Part shown: piece after piece, positions 9,656 through 19,296 of the stretch
Numbering within the stretch: the first letter of the stretch is position 1
Layout: every line of letters starts with the position of its first letter
From: Nitrosopumilaceae archaeon
Lineage (GTDB): Archaea; Thermoproteota; Nitrososphaeria; Nitrososphaerales; Nitrosopumilaceae
Assembly: GCA_965200155.1 (NCBI GenBank)
Contig: CBDATR010000025.1
Span: 1-30,461 of the forward strand
DNA: 30,461 nt
Direction of reading: 5' to 3'
Notes under the pieces: generated by a model
The model's input: only the letters and a program-made list of their open reading frames with translations
What the model was told of the DNA's origin: nothing
The model's database searches: none
Translations under genes and position numbers: made by a program

Positions 9656-10375
9656 CTACAATGTATTCTGCGACAGAAAACCATACACGCCGTCATAGTC
9701 TCCTGGGGAGGTAATCAGTACATCGCCGGTTATGCGGTGAATTCGGCTTACAAACTGGGCCATGTCCCCGTATCCGAACATATCTATACCAAGAAACTCT
9801 GCGGCCTTTCTGTTCTTTGGCGAGCAGAATAGTATTATGGGAATTATGTCAAAACCGGGCAAGAGGGCTACAATATTCTCCACCTGCTCTGCTGTCTGTA
9901 TCACCTGTGTCATGAATCCCCGGGGCTTGGCCTGTATCTTGGCCCTTATGGGACCAAATGCCGGTCCAGCCGGTACAGACAGATACAGGTCCAGTTTGTC
10001 ATATTCCCGATTTTGCCGGAGCCTGGATACAACCTTGCTGGGAATTTGACCGGAATCCCGAGATCCTGGGGAACGGTCTCCGGCTACTGCCAGCAGACCT
10101 TCAAAACCGGCAGAGATGGCATCATTTGCGAATATGTCTATCTGGGGCGCGGTCTTGTCCCTGACCCTCATGCTGACGGTAAGAGAGCAGTCCGGTATGC
10201 GCGAGTGTATGGATCGGCCCACCTTTAGGGGCGATACGCGCGGTATACTAAGTACATTCTCGGTGATGTGTATTCCGTTACATACGGTCGATATTCGCTC
10301 CAGCTTGTACAGGAATGCATCTATGTTGCCTGGGGGATCAATTCTGGGTGGATTGGCCTCGTACCGTATGGTCAT
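9656..10375 (-). CDS. Methylenetetrahydrofolate reductase-like protein (short thaumarchaeal form)
   Basis: YEANPP, IHITE, RVRD, LLAVAGD and FMTQ align with the MetF TIM-barrel pattern. Confidence 0.75.
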   Translation of the reverse strand: MTIRYEANPPRIDPPGNIDAFLYKLERISTVCNGIHITENVLSIPRVSPLKVGRSIHSRIPDCSLTVSMRVRDKTAPQIDIFANDAISAGFEGLLAVAGDRSPGSRDSGQIPSKVVSRLRQNREYDKLDLYLSVPAGPAFGPIRAKIQAKPRGFMTQVIQTAEQVENIVALLPGFDIIPIILFCSPKNRKAAEFLGIDMFGYGDMAQFVSRIHRITGDVLITSPGDYDGVYGFLSQNTL

Positions 10376-10560
10376 TTCTAATATGGCGGGTTTGGCAAAT
10401 AAAATTCTTGAATTGGGAGCCGCCGTAATCGTTTAGGTCACCTCCTAGATAATTGTTTAAAGTACGCGAGCAGTGACAGTTTAGGTCACCCCCAAGCAAC
10501 CGTTAAGCTGCACAATGAACTTGTTTTCCCGTATGATATCACACATACACCCATGGATTT

Positions 10561-11243
10561 GTATGAGTTCACATCTTCCGGAATTTTATGCACAAATCAC
10601 ATTAACTGTCGCGATCAGTTATGCGTAAATTTAGTATGAGTTCACGTCTTCCGGAATCTTGTGCACAAATCACATTAACTGTCGCGATCAGTTATGCGTA
10701 AATTTAGACACAGGTGAACTCATACCAGGATTCTATATCGATCCCGGTGATCAGGACGCCCGGATCAAACTTGACAACGATTTGAAAGAATTGTTCCGGA
10801 GCGCACGTGAATCGTTGCGGGCCGTCCGCGCAATTACGACACTCATTTGAGACAGGAGCAGATGCATCAGTACTGTGATGTTAATGATACTGAACTACAA
10901 AAGAAGGTAAAAGGATTGAATAAGGCCATACCAGGCATGTTCGTATTCTTAGAATATGACAGTGTGGAGCCCACCAACAATCCAGCGGAGCAGTGGAACC
11001 GGTTCTGATACGCAGTGGTATTCCGCAAGATTAGTGGCCAGATAAAGGGTGGCGAAAGGGCAATGCGCCGCATGTCTACATTTGTATCATGTGTTCAGAC
11101 ATGGAGGGCTCAAGGCCTTTCTGTTATGAACGAGGTTGCTGCCAGAATGCAGTTATAATTAAAAAAACTGGGATGCATTCTATCTTATTATGTGATCAAA
11201 ACACGTGAACTCATACTAAATTTAGACACAGGTGAACTCATAC
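10561..11243 (+). mobile_element. 92-bp MITE (TSD ATGGATTT) split by an inserted composite element
   Basis: TSD at 10553-10560 and 11244-11251. Halves at 10561-10633 and 11217-11243. Confidence 0.92.
10634..11216 (+). mobile_element. Composite unit: full MITE (10634-10725) plus 3' part and right end of IS66 (10726-11216), TSD TAAATTTA
   Basis: TSD at 10626-10633 and 11217-11224. The fragment is the reverse complement of about 29661-30153 (EPTNNPAE...RKISG). Confidence 0.92.
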
Positions 11244-11325
11244 ATGGATTTGCCGTCTAGATGCCTAACCTTATGTTACCTGACGGTTACTGGAGATTCT
11301 GCGCATGAGGTCTACTAAATCAGAG

Positions 11326-11417
11326 GTATGAGTTCACCTGCGTCTAAATTTACGCATAACTGATCGCGACAGTTAATGTGATTTGTGCATAAAATTCCGG
11401 AAGACGTGAACTCATAC
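11326..11417 (-). mobile_element. 92-bp IS66-derived MITE, no TSD
   Basis: Full consensus match. Confidence 0.93.
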
Positions 11418-11502
11418 CAATTCGTAGCGATCTAAACGGTTACAAGGTCGCCATGACTGCCTGAATGTGATGCGTCCAAACTTAAGCATATAATTCCCAA
11501 AC

Positions 11503-12081
11503 ATGTGTACCATTCTAATGGACCTTGATACCGTACGGGCCACCCTTGCAGGACCGATGAACCCATTTTTGGAGTCCCGTACGTACAAGCCCGCGGCGGT
11601 GCTGGTATTCATACACGGTGAGAGGCCGCATGTAGTAATGACAGAAAAGTCAAAAGAGATGCGATTACATGCTGGCGAGATGTCATTTCCCGGCGGAAAG
11701 CCGGAGAGCAGTGATCGTAATCTCTGCGATACAGCCCTACGGGAGACCAAGGAGGAGCTGGGCTTTGAGATAGGTACAGGCGATGTAATAGGGCAGCTGG
11801 ACGTAGTGCATACCCTCAATTCCAGGTACTCCATTATGCCCTTTGTGGCGGTAACCGAGATATTGCCCAAACTGCATCCCAATATGGAGGTGGAGAATGT
11901 CTATGACATACCACTAGAACCGCTCCTTTGCACACTGGAACCGGATCATGAGCACGGTCTGCATCAGGACATGTTCACGTTTAGATATGGTGACAAGATT
12001 GTGTGGGGGGCAACGGCGCGTATATTGTACCAGATATGCGGCGCCATCCGGCAGCACACCGAAAAAGTCTACCATGTGTGA
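11503..12081 (+). CDS. Nudix hydrolase, CoA pyrophosphatase (NudL/Pcd1-like)
   Basis: AAVL, HAGEMSFPGG, Nudix box ALRETKEELG and VWGATA. The start may be the downstream ATG at 11518. Confidence 0.92.
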   Translation: MCTILMDLDTVRATLAGPMNPFLESRTYKPAAVLVFIHGERPHVVMTEKSKEMRLHAGEMSFPGGKPESSDRNLCDTALRETKEELGFEIGTGDVIGQLDVVHTLNSRYSIMPFVAVTEILPKLHPNMEVENVYDIPLEPLLCTLEPDHEHGLHQDMFTFRYGDKIVWGATARILYQICGAIRQHTEKVYHV

Positions 12082-13017
12082 CTATTCGACTATGCCACCG
12101 GCACTTATGCTGGCCCCGAACGTATCAAACCCAGCCGAAGACAGAGCGTCTATTGTTTCATCTGTATTGGTGTCATCCGTTATTGCAATGATGCACCCGC
12201 CGCCCCCGGCCCCGGTAATCTTGGAGCCATAGGAGTAGGCATCGGCTATGCGTATCATGTCCTGCAATGTACTATTTGACACGCCTATTCTCTCTAGCAG
12301 TTTCTGGTTTTCTGATGCCAACCGGCCCAACCGGGGGATATCCTCCTCTCGTATTGCATCTATGGCCATACCTGTTATGGTATCTGCCCGTTCCAGTAAT
12401 GGTGCAAACTCCTGTGGCGCACTGTGTGCCATGCGGGATATCATATTCACCATGGCCGCCGTAGAATGCGCCATACCGGAATTGGATACGACCACCACCA
12501 GACGGGACGGGTCATGGTACTGCGGCTCAATCTTGGGGGAGGGATTCCTGGTGTACTTTATGATTCCACCATATGTGCAGGCGGCACAGTCCGCTCCGGA
12601 TGAGTTTGGCTGCATTACTCTCTCCGCGTCCATGGCCATTTCCAGTATGTCCGGAGTCCGAGGAACTCTGATCATGTGGAGTAGCGCCCCGGCCGAGGCC
12701 ACGCAGCACGCGGATGAAGAGCCCAGACCCGCGCCCGATGGAATATGTGATTTTATGTACATGTTAATACCCCCGGCGTCCATGGCTCTGGCCATGTGGT
12801 GAAATGGTGCCAGCATGGGGTATGGGGATGGCTCACTCATGGGGAATTCCGCATGTGTCTTGTCCGAAGTAAGGGAGAATGAATCATCGTGGCGCCCCTG
12901 CACCGATACGGTTACGCGCCTGTTTATGGCACACAATACTGATGAGGCGCCGTGCACCACAAAGTGCTCCCCAAAGAGTATAACCTTGGCAGGCGCGGAG
13001 TATGATGATACACTCAT
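12082..13017 (-). CDS. mvk: Mevalonate kinase
   Basis: GHMP motifs PAKVILFGEHFVVHG, PSGAGLGSSS, SGAD and KITGAGGGG. Confidence 0.95.
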   Translation of the reverse strand: MSVSSYSAPAKVILFGEHFVVHGASSVLCAINRRVTVSVQGRHDDSFSLTSDKTHAEFPMSEPSPYPMLAPFHHMARAMDAGGINMYIKSHIPSGAGLGSSSACCVASAGALLHMIRVPRTPDILEMAMDAERVMQPNSSGADCAACTYGGIIKYTRNPSPKIEPQYHDPSRLVVVVSNSGMAHSTAAMVNMISRMAHSAPQEFAPLLERADTITGMAIDAIREEDIPRLGRLASENQKLLERIGVSNSTLQDMIRIADAYSYGSKITGAGGGGCIIAITDDTNTDETIDALSSAGFDTFGASISAGGIVE

Positions 13018-13138
13018 GAGTGTCCACTCTGGTATCTGGATTGCAACAGCACTATTTTCCAGAATACTGCCATATATACAGACATATCCACTTATGACTG
13101 ACAGGAGTTTGTTGCATAACTGACTTTGACAGAATATA

Positions 13139-13243
13139 GGTTCCCCATGTCGTAATCAACGTTGCTGCCGCGTCAGTTCAAGCTAGAGCCACTCCCCACA
13201 GCATATCTTGGGTTCCCCATGTTGTGATCATTGCTGCCGCGTC
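13139..13243. repeat. 36-bp direct duplication (second copy decayed) flanking a unique 36-bp insert
   Basis: ggttccccatgtcgtaatcaacgttgctgccgcgtc at 13139-13174 and ggttccccatgttgtgatcattgctgccgcgtc at 13211-13243. Single copy without insert at 4533-4568. Confidence 0.88.
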
Positions 13244-14210
13244 CACCAACTCGTTGTACTTGGCTACCCTCATTGATTTCCTGTACTATGTTATCCTATT
13301 TCCGCGCCATTAATCTGTGCCCGGATAATCGTTTGAACGGGAACCGGTTCTATTATTATCTAGATTATCCATCGCCTGTTGCATCCTTTTGCCGCCTTCC
13401 AGTACTGCTTGTTTTCGGCCTTTTCCTCATCAGAAAGGCGGAAAATGGGCGATTCCGGGCTTCCTCCAAGACTGCAAGTCCCCATGAGTCACCTTTCCTT
13501 TGGTGGAATTTAGCTAAAGTGGAATGGTTGTCCGGATTCGATTATCCCTGTACAATTTCATGTTATCCCTGGACGCGTATGCGCCATCCGCAAGTAATTC
13601 CAGATTAAATGCGCGCTTGTCATCATTATTCGGTGAGGGGGACACACCGTTAGTCAGCGCGTTTCCGGGTGGTGGCTTATCTGTTGGTCCTGCCAGAACT
13701 GGCATACGGGTCCGGAACTTTCCAATTCCAGGGTGTGCTCCCTGTCCAGTTGTGACTCCTGCATACGAGCCCAGTACTGCATTGTTTAACATGCGCGTAT
13801 CCCCAACCCACTCACCGGTAACCGTAAATGTGAGTATTCTCTTGCTTTCACCGTCCGCGAGCACTGATGAATCCGCGCCTCTTTTTCCATTTGTCCTTAA
13901 TCCACTCGCCACGATTCAAGGCCGGTCGAGTCAACAATCATGGTTCTAGTCAGCTTTTTGTCTGTGCCGACAATCATGCCATTCCTCTTCTATGTCAAGA
14001 TCTTTTCCGCGTCTGTATATTGTGTAGTACGGGGTTTGGCGCCCTTCCAGTAGTCCTGCAAGGAATCCGGATACCTGCCTGTATCTCATACCTAATGCCA
14101 TTCTCAGTGTCATGTAACATGCCCACGGCATACTGGTAGGGGGCACCCTCCTTGTTATGGTTGGCCTTTTCAATTCCACGCATGATCAAAGCCAAATAGC
14201 CTTCCGCTGG

Positions 14211-14302
14211 GTATGAGTTCACGTCTTCCGGAATCTTGTGCACAAATCACATTAACTGTCGCGATCAGTTGTGCGTAAATTTAGACACAAGTGAACTCAT
14301 AC
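14211..14302 (+). mobile_element. 92-bp IS66-derived MITE with TSD TCCGCTGG
   Basis: TSD at 14203-14210 and 14303-14310. Empty site at about 5801. Confidence 0.95.
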
Positions 14303-14859
14303 TCCGCTGGACGTACTTGGCATTGTCGGTGAATACCATCAAGTTTGTTTAAAAAATCTCAGATATTAATGCTTGGATCCAAGTTAGTAATCACTATGAC
14401 AGAATTAACGAAAATACTCAAACCGTTTCTCACATACATTTTTAATATAACTTGTTTGGAGTTATGCAACAAACTGCATAGACCAATTCATGTTAATCCG
14501 TTCCATGACTTTAACGGGATAAACAAACACCGCAGTGATGTCATTCAAGGTAGTTTCTCGCATAACCGCGCCAAGAATGAGCTGAGAACATTTTTCGAGA
14601 GGCACTATGATAATTATTTTACAACTCCCAAAACAGGGATAACTGCCTTGCACTCATATGAGATCACGATGCTTAAATGATTAATCGTACAGATTGATAT
14701 GATTTGAACACGGATTACAGAAGGCGTGAGCTCATACGTATTCTGATGCAACCTAAACGGTAACGAGCATAGTCTACCTCGTAATAATTTACTCACGATG
14801 GTCCCGGAATGGTATCCGGTTTTGGTGAATAATGGGATAACAAACCCATCTATCATGCC

Positions 14860-15441
14860 CTACCAACACGAGCCTTGTGTCCACGGAGCCATCTCAAACT
14901 CGGACTTGTCACAGTACCACTGGTTTATCCAGCCCAGCCCGAAATGAATCATAATCTCGCCTAGGGATACTGCTCCATTACAATATACTGTGGCCACAGT
15001 ACGCCCGTATCTATCCTGCACCTGAAGGTCGTCTATGTCATACTGTGCTGGAGATCCTACAGGACAGAACAGTCGGACAAGAACCGCATGCGGTGCGGTC
15101 TTATCCCCACTATCTTCCACATCCACCAGTGGAATTCGTATTCGTGTCCCGTCAACCTCGATGGTATTACCATCAACATTACTGGTTATGATACCTGTTA
15201 TCATGTCCGGGTTATTCAGATCAGGCTCCCCCAGCCTGATTATCTCATTGTCATGCAAGTACTTGATGGATGCAATCCACGCTTTCTCTGTTATCTGCCC
15301 TGTTGTAAAATATTCTGTCAGTGTGGGCATGTACTCTGGAATGTGTATATCTCCGCCGTCCGCCATAGTTATTCCACCTGACGATACAAATAACAAGAGT
15401 GTGGAGATTAAGAATGGCCAGCGATATGCCGTTAACATCAT
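14860..15441 (-). CDS. Secreted thermonuclease (SNase)-family protein
   Basis: Signal-like N-terminus and motifs VDGNTI, RIRIPLVD and DRYGR. Start placed at ATG 15441 rather than 15525. Confidence 0.8.
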   Translation of the reverse strand: MMLTAYRWPFLISTLLLFVSSGGITMADGGDIHIPEYMPTLTEYFTTGQITEKAWIASIKYLHDNEIIRLGEPDLNNPDMITGIITSNVDGNTIEVDGTRIRIPLVDVEDSGDKTAPHAVLVRLFCPVGSPAQYDIDDLQVQDRYGRTVATVYCNGAVSLGEIMIHFGLGWINQWYCDKSEFEMAPWTQGSCW

Positions 15442-15558
15442 AATGAGTGCCGTGTGGGTAGGAAAAAAAAGTATTTTCCGCCTAATAACTCCTGTTATAC
15501 AAAAAGTGCGATCGGGAATAGTCACATCAATCTCACACCCACATTGCGATCAGTAGAG

Positions 15559-15742
15559 TGGACCCTATGTTTTGAGAACGTTTTTTGCGGTTTTCTAAGC
15601 ACAGATATCTGCCTCCATTTTGGACGATATATTACTTCATTCGGAGAACTCTGCGGGAGGGACGTATCCCAGTGCCGAGTGTATCCGGGAGTGATTGTAG
15701 TCATGATGTGCGGCTTTGATGTGATCCAGCGCTTCCAGGTAG
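15559..15742 (-). mobile_element. IS3-family 3' fragment with right end
   Basis: Minus strand reads DYNHSRIHSALGYVPPAEF. The end TGGACCCTATGTTTTGAGAA resembles the end at 26272. Confidence 0.75.
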
Positions 15743-15834
15743 GTATTAGTTCACCTGTGTCTAAATTTACGCACAACTGATCGCGACAGTTAATGTGATT
15801 TGTGCACAAGATTCCAGAAGACGTGAACTCATAC
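15743..15834 (-). mobile_element. 92-bp IS66-derived MITE, no TSD, joining IS3 and IS5 fragments
   Basis: Full consensus match. Confidence 0.93.
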
Positions 15835-16627
15835 GGAAAATGGGCGATTCCGGGCTTCCTCCAAGTGACCCATGAGTAACCTTTCCTGTGGTGGAATTTA
15901 GCTGAATTGGAATGGTTGTCCTGATTCTATCATCACAGTAAAATTTCATATCCCTAGACGCGTATGCTCCATCCGCAAACAATTTCAGGTTGCATGCGCG
16001 CTTGTCATCATCAGCCGGCAATGGGGGCACACCGTTCGTTAGTGCGTTTCCGGGTGGTGGCTTATCTGTTGGTCCTGCAAGAACTGGCATACGGGTCCGG
16101 AATTTTCCAATTCCAGAGTGTGCTTCGCTTCTGGTTGCATTTCTTTCGCGTATGTGCCCAGTACTGCAATATGCGCGTGCCTACGCGCCGGTAACCATAA
16201 ATCATGTGCTCTCCCCGTCCACGAGTACTAATGAATCCACACCTCTTTTTCCATTTGACCATCATCCACTCGCCATGACCTCACTTTTCAAGGCCGGTCT
16301 AACATGGTCTGTATTAGATTCTTGTCCGTGCATTTGGTTCCCCTTGTATACTTCCGCGCCTGTATGTAGCGGGGTTTGGTATACATCCAGTAACCGGTAT
16401 CTCATGCAGCTCTCAGTGTCATGTTCAGGTAGGGGGCACCCTCTTTCTTGTAGTTGGCCTTTTCAATCCCACGCACGGTTGTAGACAATTGCTGGACGTA
16501 TTTGGTATTGTCGATGAACACCATTTAATCTAATGACCGCCAACATACGGTTGTGTGGCGAAAACACACAAATTTTTCCTTCAATACGATTTTCCTACCT
16601 AACTTGATTGAGTTATGCAACAAACTC
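15835..16627 (-). mobile_element. IS5-family (IS903-like) remnant (copy C)
   Basis: FADGAYASRD fragment and TIR agttatgcaacaaactc. More diverged than copies A and B. Confidence 0.85.
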
Positions 16628-16674
16628 ACATATCCTCACAAGATATTAATCGGTAGCAACACCATACGAAATAC

Positions 16675-17121
16675 ATGAAGGCTACTTTCGCGGCAGGATG
16701 CTTTTGGCATGTGGAGCACCTCTTTGCCAAGACTCCGGGCGTGCTATCTACCAGGGTGGGATATACCGGTGGCACCACTGCCAATCCTACCTACGAGGTT
16801 GTATGCAGTGATACTACCGGACATGCAGAGGCGGTTCAGGTGGAGTATGATCCTGCTCGCATATCCTATGACAGCCTGTTGGACATGTTCTGGAAGAACC
16901 ATGATCCCACCACGCCAAACCGTCAGGGACTAGATATAGGAACGCAGTACCGATCCGCAATATTCTGCCATAGCGATGAACAGATGACACAGGCGCGCGA
17001 CTCCAAGACGTCCAAGTCAGGGAACTACAAAAAACCCATCACCACCCAGATACTGCCAGCACAGACTTTCTATGAAGCAGAAGAGTATCACCAGAGATAC
17101 TTTGAGAAGATGGGCGCCTAG
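16675..17121 (+). CDS. msrA: Peptide-methionine (S)-S-oxide reductase
   Basis: Motifs FAAGCFW, GHAEAV and AEEYHQ. AT-rich box gatattaat about 25 bp upstream. Confidence 0.97.
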   Translation: MKATFAAGCFWHVEHLFAKTPGVLSTRVGYTGGTTANPTYEVVCSDTTGHAEAVQVEYDPARISYDSLLDMFWKNHDPTTPNRQGLDIGTQYRSAIFCHSDEQMTQARDSKTSKSGNYKKPITTQILPAQTFYEAEEYHQRYFEKMGA

Positions 17122-17187
17122 CCTAAATTTGCCAGCAAACAGGAACCATCCACAGGATTTAAGGCAAGGGGAGGGTACAGCACTACC

Positions 17188-17748
17188 ATGGAGCGATACA
17201 TGTTGCACCTGAACAATTCCGGATATACACGCCAGGACGCGCCCTCCATACTGCGGCGCGCCCGTACACTGACGGGGCCGGACGTGACTGTACGGGATGT
17301 CAGGGTGGCATCCGGACACATAGAGCTGGACATCACCATACCGGATGATCTCCTCTCCAGCACAGTTGCATCATTAGTGCCGGTTGGTAGCCTGCGGGAT
17401 GCGCGATTAGTCGTAGAGGAAGCGGTACCAAAAGACACGGCCATGGCGCAAGGCATAGAGTACTTTAATGGCGAGCGGTTCTGGGAATGCCACGAATCCC
17501 TGGAGGGAGTATGGAAGGAGTGTTATGAGGGAGAGAAGGATTTAGTACAGGGTGTAATATTGGTGGCCGCGGGTCTTGTGCATTATCAAAAGAATAGGGA
17601 TGATATCTGCCTGTCCATATTTGGCCGGGCACAACGGAAACTGTCTACGTGTACCGGTATGTACTATGACATAGACGTGGATTCGTTACGGGACAGACTG
17701 GATCATATGATGCGGACGGGAACGATATCTACATTTGATCTTGCATGA
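17188..17748 (+). CDS. DUF309 domain protein
   Basis: FNGERFWECHESLE..W and QGVILVAAGLVH. Confidence 0.88.
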   Translation: MERYMLHLNNSGYTRQDAPSILRRARTLTGPDVTVRDVRVASGHIELDITIPDDLLSSTVASLVPVGSLRDARLVVEEAVPKDTAMAQGIEYFNGERFWECHESLEGVWKECYEGEKDLVQGVILVAAGLVHYQKNRDDICLSIFGRAQRKLSTCTGMYYDIDVDSLRDRLDHMMRTGTISTFDLA

Positions 17749-19006
17749 CCCTTATGGTAGATTTCAGTACATCGGAGCCGGAGAGCAGTCCCAAACGACC
17801 CTTTCGTGCCTGAACCTCGGTCATTCTCGTAGTGGAATCCGGCCTTGTATTTAGTCCCGATACCAGTAATGGGACAGGGTCGTCGCTGTGAGCCTTGCTG
17901 ATGCAGGGGGTAGAGTGATCCGCCGAAACCACTACCGCGGTCTTTGTCAGGTCTATATCTTGCAGTAGTGGTCCAAAGAAGTTACCATCAATGTCCTCTA
18001 TGCTGCTAGTCTTGCCCGAGGCATCACCATCATGTCCGAACTCGTCGGGACCCTTGAGGTGTACGTATATGGCATTCTGGCTCTCCAGTGCATGCGCGGC
18101 CACTTGCGCCTTTTTGTTATAGTCGCTGTTGTCACCGGCCTCAAAGGTCTTCATTCCCAGTATCTTGGCTATACCCTGCTCCACGGGCATATCCACGATG
18201 CAGGAAAAATTCATGTCGTACTTTTTGTTGATGGGTTCCACGGCAGGATAATGACTTCCCGCATCCCGGAGCAGTATGCAGCTTAATCTCTTCTCCCCCC
18301 GGGCCTCTCTGCGCCTGTTTGTGTCACTCTCGGCCATTATTCGTACCGACTGTTCCATAAACTCGTTTACCAGTGTGGCGGTGGGGGTGGCCTCCTGAGA
18401 CATGGGCAGGCACCTCTCTATCCGTAATACATCGCCAACGGCCTTTGCTATACCCATGCCCCCCACGTTGGTGTATGCAGGATCCGTATTGGTTATTCTG
18501 CGAGAGAGATGATGTGGTGCGCGGATAACAACAGTGACGCGATGGCCAATGGTGGGAACCACCATAACACTGGCATCATTTACGGAAAACTGCACCCCCT
18601 CCTCTATCTCCTTGGTCACTGCCTTGGTATCACTGGGTTCTATGTGACGACCGGCGCGCCTGTCAGTAATGATTCCCCCATCATTCATGGTGGCAAAGTT
18701 GCCCCGAAGGGCAAGATCACCATCCCGGAAATCTATACCCACACCAACGGACTCTACAACACCCCGGCCAGCATAGTCTGCATAGGAAAACTTGTAGCCC
18801 AGCATGTTGAACACGGCTATATCGGACTCCGGAGCTATTCCCCGGCCCACCGATATTACCTGTCCCAGCACACCCTTTTGAGATAACATATCAAGATTAG
18901 GAGTCTTGGCCGCCTCCAATGGAGTACGGTCATGAAGATCAGGGTGCGGGAGATCGCCCACGCCGTCCAGCAACACATACACCATGCGTATGTCCGTATC
19001 GCTCAC
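17729..19006 (-). CDS. apgM: 2,3-bisphosphoglycerate-independent phosphoglycerate mutase (archaeal type)
   Basis: Motifs LDGVGD, TPLEAA.TPNLD, PESD, HLKGPDEFGHDG, ADHSTP and HSDDPVP. Confidence 0.93.
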   Translation of the reverse strand: MSDTDIRMVYVLLDGVGDLPHPDLHDRTPLEAAKTPNLDMLSQKGVLGQVISVGRGIAPESDIAVFNMLGYKFSYADYAGRGVVESVGVGIDFRDGDLALRGNFATMNDGGIITDRRAGRHIEPSDTKAVTKEIEEGVQFSVNDASVMVVPTIGHRVTVVIRAPHHLSRRITNTDPAYTNVGGMGIAKAVGDVLRIERCLPMSQEATPTATLVNEFMEQSVRIMAESDTNRRREARGEKRLSCILLRDAGSHYPAVEPINKKYDMNFSCIVDMPVEQGIAKILGMKTFEAGDNSDYNKKAQVAAHALESQNAIYVHLKGPDEFGHDGDASGKTSSIEDIDGNFFGPLLQDIDLTKTAVVVSADHSTPCISKAHSDDPVPLLVSGLNTRPDSTTRMTEVQARKGRLGLLSGSDVLKSTIRVMQDQM

Positions 19007-19041
19007 TAACTCGCGGCGTAATTAATGGATATTTTAATGGT

Positions 19042-19151
19042 ATGGAACTGACCCGAGTGGTCGTTCAGGCCGCGCAAGCAGTTTCTGGCAGATGTCTATG
19101 TTAGGTGTAACAAGATGGAACTGACCCGAGTGGTCGTTCAGGCCGCGCAAG
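19042..19151. CRISPR. Orphan single-spacer CRISPR-like unit: two identical 37-bp repeats and a 36-bp spacer
   Basis: atggaactgacccgagtggtcgttcaggccgcgcaag at 19042-19078 and 19115-19151, with an internal hairpin GAAC-T-GACC/GGTC-GTTC. No cas genes in the window. Confidence 0.5.
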
Positions 19152-19296
19152 AGTCATGTACGAGTTCATGTTATGAGAGCCGCATTCTCTTCATGCAGAT
19201 ATAGGAGATCATAGGGCAAATCTGGATTATATAGAAACCGTATACGGTGGTTTATAGTATTTCCAGTACAGATATACATAATGGACTGGAAAATTT

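Larger units (their letters stand above)
10425..11443. mobile_element. Nested mobile-element cluster: two degenerate GTAACCGTTTAGG-family MITEs (about 10425-11443 and 10473-11290) invaded by 92-bp MITEs
   Basis: Ends gtaatcgtttaggtcacc (10425), gtgacagtttaggtcacc (10473), cctgacggttac (11290) and ctaaacggttac (11443). The internal ccatggatttgccgtctagatg resembles the reverse complement of 2309-2450. Confidence 0.7.
13105..14476 (-). mobile_element. IS5-family (IS903-like) element with both ends, pseudogenised (copy B)
   Basis: TIRs gagtttgttgcataac and gttatgcaacaaactg. LADGAYASRD fragment and multiple frameshifts. Confidence 0.88.

Noticed and set aside
10659-10850. Recurrent small ORFs containing CTNHINCRDQLCVNLDTGEL (also at 5176, 5883, 6556 and 15522)
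   Set aside because: These are translations of the MITE running into different flanks, with no evidence of a real gene.
14345-14680. 111-aa ORF
   Set aside because: It starts inside the IS5 end. At most it is the 3' remnant of an unrecognised gene.
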